A stretch of DNA of 64,000 bases from positions 128,001 through 192,000 of the forward strand of contig JBEKXL010000002.1 of the NCBI GenBank assembly GCA_049512075.1. Direction: 5' to 3'. This stretch comes from Candidatus Bathyarchaeia archaeon. GTDB lineage: Archaea; Thermoproteota; Bathyarchaeia; Bathyarchaeales; Bathycorpusculaceae. Positions 36,888 to 47,322 of this stretch are shown here, one piece after another; the stretch's first letter is position 1; each line of letters opens with the position of its first letter. Both the position numbers and the translations under genes were made by a program. The notes beneath the pieces were generated by a model. It was not told the origin of the DNA. It searched no databases and worked only from the letters and a program-made list of their open reading frames with translations.

Positions 36888-37853
36888 ATGGATGATTTCA
36901 GATTACCATCAAAGCTATACATGCTGAGGAAAACCTTCGAGCTGGACAGCCGCATTAGGAACAAGAAATCCATTGATAGTCTAACGAGACGTTTGCTCTT
37001 GGGTGTCCCTCTTGGGCATCGAACTGATATTAACGCGAGGCTTGAGAAGTTCTGGGCACGCGAGCATGCCTACTACACTACTCTCTGCGAACAGACGGGA
37101 AAGAAATACTCAGAGTATCTTCCAGGACGAGAGTATACTTATGTTCTTCTCAGAGATATCGTTTTGAGAATAACCGGAGAAAAACAACCGAACGTTCTAG
37201 ATGGCGGGTGTGGAAGTGGAATCGCTTGTGCTCTTCTCGGCAAGAAGGAAGCGAATGCAACTGGTCTCGATATTACTCGCTCTGCTTTAGAACTGGCAAA
37301 GGCAATTTCAGGAGAATATAGGACTTGCGTGAAGCTTGTGCGTGGCGACTTAACTAGCCTGCCATTTCAAGACTGCACATTCGATGTTGTTTTTTCACTA
37401 GGTATCTTTGAGCACTGTCCACCACAAATCCAAAACAGGATTTTTGGAGAGTTCGTCAGAGTGAGTAAGCGTGGGGTTTTGTTGGCTGTCCCCAACAAGA
37501 ATAGCCCAATCTACCAAACCATGTCTGAGAGCGAATTCAAACTGATGCCACCTTCTTTAGTCTACCCGGAAGAGCGCGAGCAGTTTCCGGTTGATTTTTC
37601 CTTTTTTTCAAGTCACAGCGGCATACCAATGCTCGAATCTTCTGCCTTTCATATTGTACCTCCAAAGATAATTCCTGGAAAGCATCTGACCAGAGAGTCT
37701 TACCGTTTTTTTACAGGGGTGACCCAACATGCTTTGCAAGTCTGGAATGGCGAACCAATCACTACTTGGTCTTTGGTCGAAAACAGCTGCTCTCTTGAGG
37801 AAAAGGCCAAATATGGGTGGTTTTCGTATGCGATCTATGAAAAACAGTGCTAG
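36888..37853 (+). CDS. class I SAM-dependent methyltransferase
   Basis: VLDGGCGSG, GLDI, GDLTSLPFQDCTFDVVFS and FEH. Confidence 0.9.
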   Translation: MDDFRLPSKLYMLRKTFELDSRIRNKKSIDSLTRRLLLGVPLGHRTDINARLEKFWAREHAYYTTLCEQTGKKYSEYLPGREYTYVLLRDIVLRITGEKQPNVLDGGCGSGIACALLGKKEANATGLDITRSALELAKAISGEYRTCVKLVRGDLTSLPFQDCTFDVVFSLGIFEHCPPQIQNRIFGEFVRVSKRGVLLAVPNKNSPIYQTMSESEFKLMPPSLVYPEEREQFPVDFSFFSSHSGIPMLESSAFHIVPPKIIPGKHLTRESYRFFTGVTQHALQVWNGEPITTWSLVENSCSLEEKAKYGWFSYAIYEKQC

Positions 37854-38019
37854 AAGTTCGCCTGGTGTTTGTTGGCAGGCCAGCCCAAAACAACAGTCTT
37901 GGCGTGGGATTTTTCCTATCCTGTTCTTGAAGTCAGAAACACAACAATATGCCACTTTTCAAGCTCGTTTCAATAATCAATACTTAATGCAATATTACGA
38001 TATCACTGCGTTTTTGTGA

Positions 38020-38679
38020 GGTCCACCTACGAAACGCGTATACTATCTATGTGGAGCCCCGTGGACCGGAAAAACTTCCGTGTTGCATTCACTTGCTAAA
38101 ATGTATGCATGTACTCTTATTCCAGAGTTCTTTGTAAACTACCCTGACTATTTCCTTTCTCTGACAGTCACTTCTAAAGAAGGAGTAAAGAGGGCTTCGA
38201 TAGATTGGGTTCTTGCCCAATATAGAAGAAAAGAATGCTTGATTAGATCGGCTAAGGGCTTAGTTATTTGCGACAGATCGCCCCTTGATCTGATTGTCTA
38301 TTCGCTAGCATTTGGAAGTAAAATATACGTTGAGACTGTGAAGAAGATGAAGAAAATTGAATGGAGTTCCGGCAGACTAATCCTTTTGCTCGTACCGAAA
38401 GCGGACGAATTGCTTAGAAGAATCCGCACAAGAAACCATTTGGATTCCTTTTCAAGCAACAAAATCCTAAATGGGCTCGTTATGCCGCTTGAGAACGAAT
38501 ATGAAAGATTGTACAATGTAATAAGGTCTACATGGATATCTACTGATTGTTCCCTTCAATGCGTCGTTAGAAAAATAGCATCTATCCTACAGGAATCGTA
38601 CACGCCGACTGACCTGAACAAGTGGATAAAAACTCTGCGCCTTAGTTGCTCTGAAGACGACACTATTCAGAAGTGTTAG
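38020..38679 (+). CDS. P-loop nucleoside/nucleotide kinase (dNK/TMPK-like); start unclear
   Basis: in-frame GAPWTGKTS P-loop upstream of the called GTG (38080), ICDRSPLD motif, LLRRIRTR lid; in-frame TGA at 38017-38019. Confidence 0.7.
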   Translation, partial: GPPTKRVYYLCGAPWTGKTSVLHSLAKMYACTLIPEFFVNYPDYFLSLTVTSKEGVKRASIDWVLAQYRRKECLIRSAKGLVICDRSPLDLIVYSLAFGSKIYVETVKKMKKIEWSSGRLILLLVPKADELLRRIRTRNHLDSFSSNKILNGLVMPLENEYERLYNVIRSTWISTDCSLQCVVRKIASILQESYTPTDLNKWIKTLRLSCSEDDTIQKC

Positions 38680-39094
38680 AAAATGTGTTGACGAGGGCTA
38701 ACGAGCTGGTTTACACGGAAGGCCAAACTAAAAATCCTCCTGTGTGAAAGACTCTTTGAGTAAAGGATTTATCCTCGTCATATGATTGGTCCTTCAACGA
38801 TCAGCCGTCCAAATATCTCCTGCCTTCTTACAACTTTTTTCGCTATCATATTCAAAGTCCATAGTCTCTCAATGAATCACTGGGGATTGATAGAGCTGGA
38901 ATAGACAACCAGAAAACAGAGAAACTCTTGATGGCGCTGCGCACTCTCGAGCGCGAGGATGCTCAGCGCACCAAAAACGTGCGCGTGTAAAGGCCTGATG
39001 GATACGAACCTGTTCGGATCGGAGTCTCTAGGTACTTGTTGCTCAGCTCGCCAAGAAATTTGACACTATCGGCGTTGACGGCGTAGCGCGCGCG

Positions 39095-39319
39095 ATTCAG
39101 GAGACTGCGGCCGACCTAGGTGGAACAATATCAGAAGAAGAAATGTTCAAGACGTTTAACATGGGATGGGGCTTCGCCCTGATAGTTAACAAAGAGGACG
39201 GCGAGAGGGCAATAGACGTTCTGGAAAAAACTGGCACAGAGGCTGAAAAGATAGGTCGCGTGACCTGTGCAGAAGGGGTCAAGATTCTCTACAAGAACAG
39301 AAACATTGCTCTGAAGTAA
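39095..39319 (+). pseudogene. purM: C-terminal fragment of the native AIR synthetase
   Basis: IQETAADLGGTISEEEMFKTFNMGWGFALIV...KIGRV...*; starts immediately after GCGCGCGCG; directly upstream of purS. Confidence 0.85.
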
Positions 39320-39374
39320 CGTTTGCCTTGTTAATGTGGAAAGCGTTTAAATCTGCTTTTGCCCAGTTTAGCCT

Positions 39375-39626
39375 ATGAAGTACCGCCTCAAAATCGAAAT
39401 CAGCTTAAAGCCCGGACACAGCGACCCTGAAGGAGAGACCACCGCGGGCTTGTTGAGGGAGCTGGGCTACAACGTTGAAGCTGTCAACGTCGGCAAAGTC
39501 TACAGAGTGATTCTTAATGCTTCCTCCAGAAAAGAAGCGCAGGCTGAGGCTGTGGAAATGTGCAAGAGGCTCTTGGCAAACCCGACTAAGGACGATTATG
39601 GGATACGTTTCGAGGAGACAAGATGA
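39375..39626 (+). CDS. purS: FGAM synthase subunit PurS
   Basis: LKPGHSDPEG...MCKRLLANP. Confidence 0.95.
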   Translation: MKYRLKIEISLKPGHSDPEGETTAGLLRELGYNVEAVNVGKVYRVILNASSRKEAQAEAVEMCKRLLANPTKDDYGIRFEETR

Positions 39627-42004
39627 CGGCAAGCCTGTTTGTCCGCAGGAAAACCCCCTTTTCCCTCGTTGACGTGATGGTTCTCGGAGCCTCTGACGAG
39701 CAGCTTCTGGAAATCAGCCGCGAGCTTGGCTTGGCCCTTAGCCTGCACGAGATGAAGATGGTAAAAGAGCATTTTAGCAGGAGGGGACGGAACCCGACCG
39801 ATGCCGAGCTTCAGACCATCGCTCAAACGTGGTCTGAGCACTGTTTCCACAAGACTTTCAAGGACAGAATCAGGTTTGACGGAAAACTGATTAACGGTCT
39901 TTTCAAAACGTACATTGCAAGTGCGACGAAGAGGATCAGTCCGGACTGGTGCTTCTCTGTTTTCGAGGATAACGCGGGCATCGTGAACTTCGACAAAGGG
40001 TACGGCGTGGCCGTCAAGGTTGAAACGCACAATCATCCGTCGGCGGTGGAGCCTTTCGGCGGCGCGGCAACGGGGACGGGCGGCGTCATCCGAGACATCT
40101 TGGGCGTGTGGGCGGATCCGATAGCGTGTACGGATGTGCTGGGTTTTGGGCCCTTGGATTTTGAGTATGAGAAGTTGCCCAGCGGTGTTAAGCATCCGAG
40201 GTACGAGTACATAGGTGTCGTGGCGGGGATAGGAAGCTACGGCAACAACATGGGAATTCCAACAGTGAACGGAGCGATATACTTCGATGAGAGCTACACG
40301 GGCAACGTTGTTGTCTACTGCGGCTGCGTGGGCCTGCTTCCGTTTGACAGGTTCAGGAGGGATGCGAAAGCCGGTGACGCGATTGTGCTTGCGGGTGGCA
40401 AGACTGGTCGGGACGGTGTTCACGGGGTGACTTTTGCGTCTGCGGAGCTGACGGAGAAATCTGAGACGGTTTCTCGGCCGGCCGTGCAGATCGCGAACCC
40501 TGTTGAGGAGGAGAAATTGAAGAGGGCAATCGTTCAGGTCCGAGACATGGGGCTGGCATCAGGCATAACGGATCTGGGCGGTGGAGGCCTATCTTCGGCG
40601 GTCGGCGAGACGGCCAACAAGTACGGCTGCGGAGCAGTGGTTGACCTTGACAAGGTACCATTGAAGTATGCGGGGTTGGCTCCGTGGGAAATCTACGTTT
40701 CAGAGTCACAGGAAAGAATGCTGCTGACGGTGCCGTCTGACAACGTTGAAAAGGTTCTCAGAGTCTTTGGCGGAGAGGATGTTGAGGCGACGGTCATCGG
40801 GAGACTGATTTCCGGCGGATTACTGAGGCTTGATTATATGGGTGAGAGGGTTGGGGAGTTGGGCATTTCCTTCCTTTTCAAGCCGCCGAGAATCACTAGG
40901 ACGGCGGAGTACCATCCTGCAGGTGATGCGGAGCCGATGTTTCCGGAGCCTGAGGACTTGAATGAGGTGTTAATGCGGGTTTTGGCTTCGCCTAACGTGG
41001 CGAGCAAGGAGAGTGTTGTGAGGAGTTATGATCACGAGGTGAAAGGGCACACGGTGCTTAAGCCATTGCAGGGCGAGTTTGGCGGGCCAAACGATGCGGC
41101 CGTGTTGAAGCCGCTGGATGATTCTTGGAGGGGCATAGCGGTTTCGTGCGGCATGAACCCAAGTTACGGAAGGATTGATGCTTACTGGATGGCGGCTTCA
41201 GCGATTGATGAGGCCGTCAGGAACAACGTCGCTGTTGGCGGAAGAAGAATTGCTTTGCTGGACAATTTCACGTGGGGCAATCCCGAAAGACCTGAACGAT
41301 TGGGCAGCTTGGTACGGGCCTGCGAAGCGTGTTACGATTTTGCCGTTGCTTTTGGGACGCCGTTCATATCTGGGAAAGACAGCTTGTACAACGAGTCGCC
41401 GCTTGGACCCGTGACGCCGACACTTCTGATTACGGCTCTAGGGTTCATGCCTAATATTCGTTCAACGGTTTCGATGGATGTTAAGGCTTCGGGCGATTCT
41501 ATGTACGTTGTGGGCGAAACTTTTCCGGAGCTGGGCGGCTCAGAATATTACAAGCTGAAGGGATGCTTGGGCAAGTCTGTTCCCAACGTGCGTGGTGCTC
41601 AGGCTAGGAAAGGGTTCAAGGCGGTTACTAGGGCGATTGACCATGGGCTGGTTAAGACGTGCCATGACCTGTCTGAGGGCGGTTTGGCCGTGGCGGCGGC
41701 GGAGATGGCTTTTGCCGGAGGTTATGGGTTGGAGTTGGATTTGGGCAAGGTTCCGGCGAAAGATCTGGGACGTGATGATTTTGTCTTGTTTTCGGAGTCG
41801 AACAGCAGGTTTCTTGTGGAGGTCTCTGGGAAGGCTCGGGACGAGTTTGAGGGTTTGATGAAGGGCGTGGTTTGTGCTGAGGTTGGCAAGGTAACAAAGT
41901 CTCCTCGGCTGTGTACCAGCGGTCTGGCTGGTGGAGTGATTGTGGACGCTTCGTTGGGCGATTTGTTGAAGAGTTGGAAGAGAACCTTGAGCAGTGGGGT
42001 GTGA
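39623..42004 (+). CDS. purL: FGAM synthase subunit PurL
   Basis: WSEHCFHK, KVETHNHPS, GAATGTGGVIRD, DLGGGG, SESQERM and CHDLSEGG. Confidence 0.97.
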   Translation: MTASLFVRRKTPFSLVDVMVLGASDEQLLEISRELGLALSLHEMKMVKEHFSRRGRNPTDAELQTIAQTWSEHCFHKTFKDRIRFDGKLINGLFKTYIASATKRISPDWCFSVFEDNAGIVNFDKGYGVAVKVETHNHPSAVEPFGGAATGTGGVIRDILGVWADPIACTDVLGFGPLDFEYEKLPSGVKHPRYEYIGVVAGIGSYGNNMGIPTVNGAIYFDESYTGNVVVYCGCVGLLPFDRFRRDAKAGDAIVLAGGKTGRDGVHGVTFASAELTEKSETVSRPAVQIANPVEEEKLKRAIVQVRDMGLASGITDLGGGGLSSAVGETANKYGCGAVVDLDKVPLKYAGLAPWEIYVSESQERMLLTVPSDNVEKVLRVFGGEDVEATVIGRLISGGLLRLDYMGERVGELGISFLFKPPRITRTAEYHPAGDAEPMFPEPEDLNEVLMRVLASPNVASKESVVRSYDHEVKGHTVLKPLQGEFGGPNDAAVLKPLDDSWRGIAVSCGMNPSYGRIDAYWMAASAIDEAVRNNVAVGGRRIALLDNFTWGNPERPERLGSLVRACEACYDFAVAFGTPFISGKDSLYNESPLGPVTPTLLITALGFMPNIRSTVSMDVKASGDSMYVVGETFPELGGSEYYKLKGCLGKSVPNVRGAQARKGFKAVTRAIDHGLVKTCHDLSEGGLAVAAAEMAFAGGYGLELDLGKVPAKDLGRDDFVLFSESNSRFLVEVSGKARDEFEGLMKGVVCAEVGKVTKSPRLCTSGLAGGVIVDASLGDLLKSWKRTLSSGV

Positions 42005-42007
42005 GTT

Positions 42008-42823
42008 GTGAAGCGTGGGGACATTAGGGTTTGTGTTTTGCGTGTGGGTGGAACCAATTGTGATGCGGAGACGAGGCTTTCGTTCGCAGCGTTGGGTGTG
42101 CAGGCAGAGGTTGCGCATGTGAATGAGGTTGTGAAGAGGAATAGTCTTTTGGAGTATGATGTGCTGGTTTTTCCAGGGGGTTTTTCTTATGGGGATTATG
42201 TTCGGGCTGGGGCGATTTGGGCGAAGTGGATTCTGGCTAAGCTGGGTAAGGAGTTGAAGGCTTTTGTCGATGAGGACCGTCTGATTCTTGGGATTTGTAA
42301 CGGTTTTCAAGTGCTCGTCGAGACGGGTCTGCTGCCAGGCTTTGAAGGAATGAGCCCTTATCCTGAGGCGGGGTTGGCCACAAACTTTCCGCCAGGATAC
42401 AACTGCCGCTGGATAAGCCTAAAGCATGAAAACAGCGGAAAATGTGCGTTCACCTCGCAAATTCCAAAGGGAAAGGTTCTGCACGTACCAGTCGCGCACA
42501 GCGAAGGCAGGTTTCTATTTCAGAAAGAGAAGGAGAAGCAGTATCTCGAGAAGCTTAGGGAGAATGATCAACTGGTCTTCCGATACTGCAACAAAGACGG
42601 CGATTACGCCAAAGGCAGTTTTCCCACGAATCCGAACGGTTCTTTCCATGATATAGCAGGCATATGCAACCCAGAGGGAACAGTGTTCGGGCTAATGCCG
42701 CACCCTGAAAGAGCATTCTACTGGTGGCAACAAGCCGACTGGACAGAGCAACAGAAGATGTCGCAACACGGCGATGGAAAACTGATCTTTGAAAGCTTGA
42801 TTAATCATTTGGAAAAAATCTAA
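42008..42823 (+). CDS. purQ: FGAM synthase glutaminase subunit PurQ
   Basis: GTNCD, PGGFSYGD, GICNGFQ, NPNGS and MPHPER. Confidence 0.97.
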   Translation: MKRGDIRVCVLRVGGTNCDAETRLSFAALGVQAEVAHVNEVVKRNSLLEYDVLVFPGGFSYGDYVRAGAIWAKWILAKLGKELKAFVDEDRLILGICNGFQVLVETGLLPGFEGMSPYPEAGLATNFPPGYNCRWISLKHENSGKCAFTSQIPKGKVLHVPVAHSEGRFLFQKEKEKQYLEKLRENDQLVFRYCNKDGDYAKGSFPTNPNGSFHDIAGICNPEGTVFGLMPHPERAFYWWQQADWTEQQKMSQHGDGKLIFESLINHLEKI

Positions 42824-43413
42824 GTTGAGAAACCTTCCAGCACTTATCTATCTCACGAACGAAATTAAGAGAGATTCTGGCAAACACAAGGTTTGTGTGA
42901 GACGTCACCACTCGGCACGCATGCGAACAAAACGTGAGCTTACATATTCTCTTCTTAATAGATTGCGTACGAATGAATTTAAGGTGCGCTATGCCCGAGG
43001 TGTTCTACACGGTTTTCCTTTTCACCCAAAGAAGCCCTATTATCATCCACACACTGAACGGTCTTCTACTATGTGTTCCCAAAACAAACCATGTGTCACA
43101 TTTTCTCTTTCTCATGCTGTGATAGCACATTTCGGTTACTTTCTGTTTTGCTACCTCTGTCTGAAGCGCGCACCTTAAGCAAGGATCGCAACGTTTTAGA
43201 AAACTAAAGAAAAAAGTCCATATATACAGTAGGCGTTTCTACTCTGTCGTTCACAGATGAAATTGTGAAAGAAACACATTTCACAATGGAGTTTGTTCAG
43301 AAAACAAAGCAGAATTGCGTGCATACGTTCAAATGCACTCTAATAAGAGTTAAGTTCCAGCAGAGGTTAGTGATCGGAGTCTAACGCGCACGAATGGCAG
43401 AGTTGACTTTGAA

Positions 43414-45384
43414 ATGGCGTCTGATTCTCAAACTCAGAATCTCATGGAAAGGGTTTTGGGCTTCGAAAAAAAGTTCGTAAATTACATCATTGATCCATTG
43501 CATGGCCAAATAGGTCTCACCCCGCTCGAGGAGAATGTTATCAAGACAAAAGCTTTCAGAAGACTGCGGAATATCCAGCAATTGGGTTTTGCCTCCAACA
43601 TCTATCCAGGAGCAACTCACAAGCGCTATGAGCATTGTATTGGTACTTTGCACGTAACTTGGACAATGTTTAAACAATTCATAAAGAATTATGCTGTCCA
43701 AAATCAGTGGACAAACTTTGAATTGATGGAGTCCTTTTCTGATGAAATGTTGGAATTTCTGAGACTTGCCGCACTTCTTCACGATTTGGGGCATGGTCCA
43801 TTTTCTCATTCATTTGAAGAGGTGGCGAATAGTATGGGCCAGAAAATCGACCATGACAGGATAACAAATTACCTTCTGACTTACGACTTCCCAGATGAAG
43901 CTATTGAGGATTTGTGCCCTGATCCAGACACTCTAACGCTAATGAAGAAATCAGAAAAATTGAAAGCCTTCAGGGAAGAACTCAAAGTCATTCCCACAGA
44001 AACCAGAGAACCTATCGTTGGAATCTATGAAAAAGACTACAAAATGCTGTTGTCAAAACCGAAAGGATTTGAATCAATTCGGCTTTTTCTGAATAATATT
44101 CTTAAGGGCGATATTGGCTCAGACCGAATTGACTATCTGTTGAGAGACACATACTTTTCTGGGCTGGGTCATCGCTTCAACTTTTCTGATCTGATCAGTA
44201 ATCTGCGAGGAATGTATGATTCCAAATCGAATAGATTGCTTCTCGCAATTGATTCCAAGGGAAGGAATATAGTTGAGTTCATCATGATGACCAGATACTA
44301 TCACTACAGACTTATTGCTCATCATCCGCGCAATGTTCTGGAAGAGACGAAATTCAAGGAACGCGTCAAAAGTCACTTGGAAAGACCTGCAGAATTTACT
44401 TTCTTTTCTGCAGCGATGGATGATGATGGCATTGAAAGAATACTTCCACCTTTTGAGAAAAACATCGAGCTGGCAGGCGCCTGGGATATGAATTCAATCG
44501 GATTGGATCATTTTCGCTATTTCTTCTACAGGTTGGCAAGTGATTCGCGCCTTAGAGGTGAGTACCTTAGACGAATCAAAAATAACATTGTTAGAGGCGT
44601 CTACCAACATACGGGATTAAAGATTCACGATGAAGATGTTCTTCTTGCCTTTGTTCTTGAAACTCCCCACCTGCCATTAATCCAGATATATCGAGAGGAA
44701 TATCAAGTCAAAAAGGACGAGGATATTGAGAAATATAGTGTTTTGCTTCATGATTATTCGATACTAGCTCAAGGACTGGCAAGGGCTTACCTTGAGGATT
44801 CGTCACTTCTGGTTTTTGCCAGAAAAGAAGATTGTCAGAATATCGGAAAGTACACGCGCTCTACTCACCATTTTTACGTAAACGAGTATCTTTTCTCGAC
44901 ATTGATGTCGAGCGTCCAAACTTTGGACAAGAATAGGTACGACTTCTTGCTTTTTGCTCTCCATGAAATTACAGATGGAGGGATGAAGGTTTTTTCAGGT
45001 ATACTCAGCCTTTTCGGCAAGATTCTCGAAATGCAACGAAAGCTTAACGTCAGCTTTTACGACTTTGATCACAAGTATTTCTATGATCCAGATCGTGGTT
45101 CTTTTTGTTATCCTACGGTACTAGGGAAAGAACAGAGCCTAATTGACGATTTGTTTATGTTTGACGCAGCAGGGCTTATTGAAATAAGAATGCACTTCGT
45201 GAACAGAACGTACGCGGGCAAACCCTATCATTCATACTCCTACTTCTTCACTCCAACTATAAGGACGCAGGACATCACACAATTGCCAATTTCAGTGATC
45301 CCATTGAAAACAGCGCTTAGGCTATATTCCCCAGACTTCAAAGATAAATATGGATTGACAACAGAACGTTTGCGGTCACCCTAG
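43414..45384 (+). CDS. HD-domain phosphohydrolase, SAMHD1/dNTPase-like, with long unknown C-terminus
   Basis: DPLHG, RLRNIQQLG, YPGATHKRYEHCIG, LLHDLGHGPFSH and DRIDYLLRD. Confidence 0.9.
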   Translation: MASDSQTQNLMERVLGFEKKFVNYIIDPLHGQIGLTPLEENVIKTKAFRRLRNIQQLGFASNIYPGATHKRYEHCIGTLHVTWTMFKQFIKNYAVQNQWTNFELMESFSDEMLEFLRLAALLHDLGHGPFSHSFEEVANSMGQKIDHDRITNYLLTYDFPDEAIEDLCPDPDTLTLMKKSEKLKAFREELKVIPTETREPIVGIYEKDYKMLLSKPKGFESIRLFLNNILKGDIGSDRIDYLLRDTYFSGLGHRFNFSDLISNLRGMYDSKSNRLLLAIDSKGRNIVEFIMMTRYYHYRLIAHHPRNVLEETKFKERVKSHLERPAEFTFFSAAMDDDGIERILPPFEKNIELAGAWDMNSIGLDHFRYFFYRLASDSRLRGEYLRRIKNNIVRGVYQHTGLKIHDEDVLLAFVLETPHLPLIQIYREEYQVKKDEDIEKYSVLLHDYSILAQGLARAYLEDSSLLVFARKEDCQNIGKYTRSTHHFYVNEYLFSTLMSSVQTLDKNRYDFLLFALHEITDGGMKVFSGILSLFGKILEMQRKLNVSFYDFDHKYFYDPDRGSFCYPTVLGKEQSLIDDLFMFDAAGLIEIRMHFVNRTYAGKPYHSYSYFFTPTIRTQDITQLPISVIPLKTALRLYSPDFKDKYGLTTERLRSP

Positions 45385-45537
45385 AACACATAGAGATGAA
45401 CATTGGTGACCCGTCATCTCGGGTCTCTCTTTTCCACAACAGATTTTTCAGTTTTTTGCTTTCAAGCTTCTCTTGTTGTCATTAGAGCTTTGGCTCTTCA
45501 CAAATATAAACTGCGCTTGACCTGTATATAAAAGGTA

Positions 45538-46290
45538 TTGATCAGCTTGGAATCAATCACAGAAAAACGCGAACTCTTCAGACATTACTATTCGAAATCA
45601 TATCCAGTTAACAGGAATTTGCTGGATCTCAAATTCAGACATTTCCGTTTCCAGCTTTTTTCCAAAAAGGTCACGTTTCGCAGGATATTGGACATTATCA
45701 ATTCCCCCGAGCAATTGCGTGACAAATTGATAAGTTATGTTCCTTTGAATGCTTATTTCACTCCTGTCAAATGGTTGAGTCCGATTTACGTTGGGCATAC
45801 CAAGAATGTTCTTGAGGTGATGCTGTCGGCTCCACTCTACTTTGACATAGACATGCAGGACCTCTTTCCTCCTGTTTTTTCAGAAGTGAAAAGAAACACT
45901 TTACTTTTGCTTGAGATTTTGGAAGAAGAATATTCCCAACGCCCAGACTTGATTGTCTTCTCTGGAAGGCAAGGTTTTCACATCTACTTTTGGAAGTGGG
46001 ACATGCCTGAAATCCTGAAACTCAATCCTGCGAGCAGAGTGATTGAATTCAAGAAGCAGAGATCTATTATTCTAGAAATTGTGAGAAGAAAAAAAGTCGT
46101 TGTTGATGAAAGGATCACTGCTGATCCGTTTAGAATCATGAAAATACCAAACACGCTTCATGGAAAAACTGGTCTCATTGCTAAGCCAGTCAAAGAAGTT
46201 GAAAAGTTTGATCCTAAAACGGATGCTCAGGCATTTGATCGTGAAGTCTATGAGCGCCTTTTTAGGATTGACTGGGGAATTTACGACTAA
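45538..46290 (+). CDS. stand-alone archaeo-eukaryotic primase (PriS-like)
   Basis: LYFDID (motif I), FSGRQGFHIY (motif II), D...DPFRIMKIPNTLHGKTG (motif III). Confidence 0.85.
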   Translation: MISLESITEKRELFRHYYSKSYPVNRNLLDLKFRHFRFQLFSKKVTFRRILDIINSPEQLRDKLISYVPLNAYFTPVKWLSPIYVGHTKNVLEVMLSAPLYFDIDMQDLFPPVFSEVKRNTLLLLEILEEEYSQRPDLIVFSGRQGFHIYFWKWDMPEILKLNPASRVIEFKKQRSIILEIVRRKKVVVDERITADPFRIMKIPNTLHGKTGLIAKPVKEVEKFDPKTDAQAFDREVYERLFRIDWGIYD

Positions 46291-46665
46291 ATTTCCAGAA
46301 TCCTTGCTGCAAACTCGGTCTTAGACGTCAAAAATCGTATAACCTCAAAACATGCGTCGGCATTCATCAAGAAAGGAACCCTTGCAACCAACCTATTTGG
46401 CTCAGCACTGTAGGCATGACACGTCGTGTTCACATGAACAGACAAACGGTGACTTGCTAGAGGGTGAACTCGGCTAAAGTGCGATGGAGACATTTCCACT
46501 GGCAGTCAAGTTCAAATTCCAAACAGAGCACAACCCGAGCAAGTTCTATGCCTCGTTGTTCTTCAAAGCTGGTACCAGCCTTATGCCAGTTCTCGGTTGA
46601 TTTATATAAAAAAAGGAGGATAGTAATTGCACTTGAGTTCTGGGCGTCGATGGACTTGAGAGACT

Positions 46666-47322
46666 ATGAGCAAACCAAATAGGAGCGATAGAAAAGCCGA
46701 GGTCGGTGGTATTTCCTCAAGCAACTCCATTAAGAGATATAGTGCGCTTCTAGAAAATAAGTTGGGTGCTTTTGACGTTAAGGATAACGGAGAATATGTT
46801 CTACTGCACAAGCGAATCAGGCTTCCAGCCAAGAAATTCATTGATGCTATCGTTTACTCTACTGATAGAATATACATTTCGGGTTCGGCATACATAGATA
46901 GTGACGAATTTGGACAGAATGCAACGAGAATAGTTGAACTAGCTCAACAAGCCATTTCGCCTGTTGAAAATGTGCGACCAATCTCTATCCAGAGTGCCAA
47001 AGATATTCTAGATTTTGCCAAGCACCTCAACCTAGACAAGGACTATGAACGGATGATAGCGATCATTTTGTCAGACACTTCCAATGAAATTGTTCTTAGA
47101 GAAAAAATGAAAGCCTTCCAAATTGCAGGCGTTGCTCTAGATGACAGCATTCCTGAAAAGATAAGGAGATTAAGGGAAAAAGGTTGCCAATTTGTTGAGG
47201 AAGTTGGAATAAAAAACCTTAGAGAAATACGAAACAAAATCGTACACTATGGAGAAATACCTCATAAAGGGCAAGCGGAAGAATGTTTGAAACTAGCAGA
47301 TAGAGTCCTTCGGTCGGTGTGA
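46666..47322 (+). CDS. putative HEPN protein with N-terminal TBP-like (RNase HIII-type) domain
   Basis: RNKIVH RxxxxH motif in a helical C-terminal domain; AIVYSTDRIYISG resembles the RNase HIII N-domain ITAYxSGKVLFQG. Confidence 0.6.
   Translation: MSKPNRSDRKAEVGGISSSNSIKRYSALLENKLGAFDVKDNGEYVLLHKRIRLPAKKFIDAIVYSTDRIYISGSAYIDSDEFGQNATRIVELAQQAISPVENVRPISIQSAKDILDFAKHLNLDKDYERMIAIILSDTSNEIVLREKMKAFQIAGVALDDSIPEKIRRLREKGCQFVEEVGIKNLREIRNKIVHYGEIPHKGQAEECLKLADRVLRSV

Noticed and set aside
41500-42300. Strong G+T strand skew in purL/purQ (also at 7850-8350)
   Set aside because: Reading frames and motifs are intact; this looks like codon-usage bias, not a separate element.
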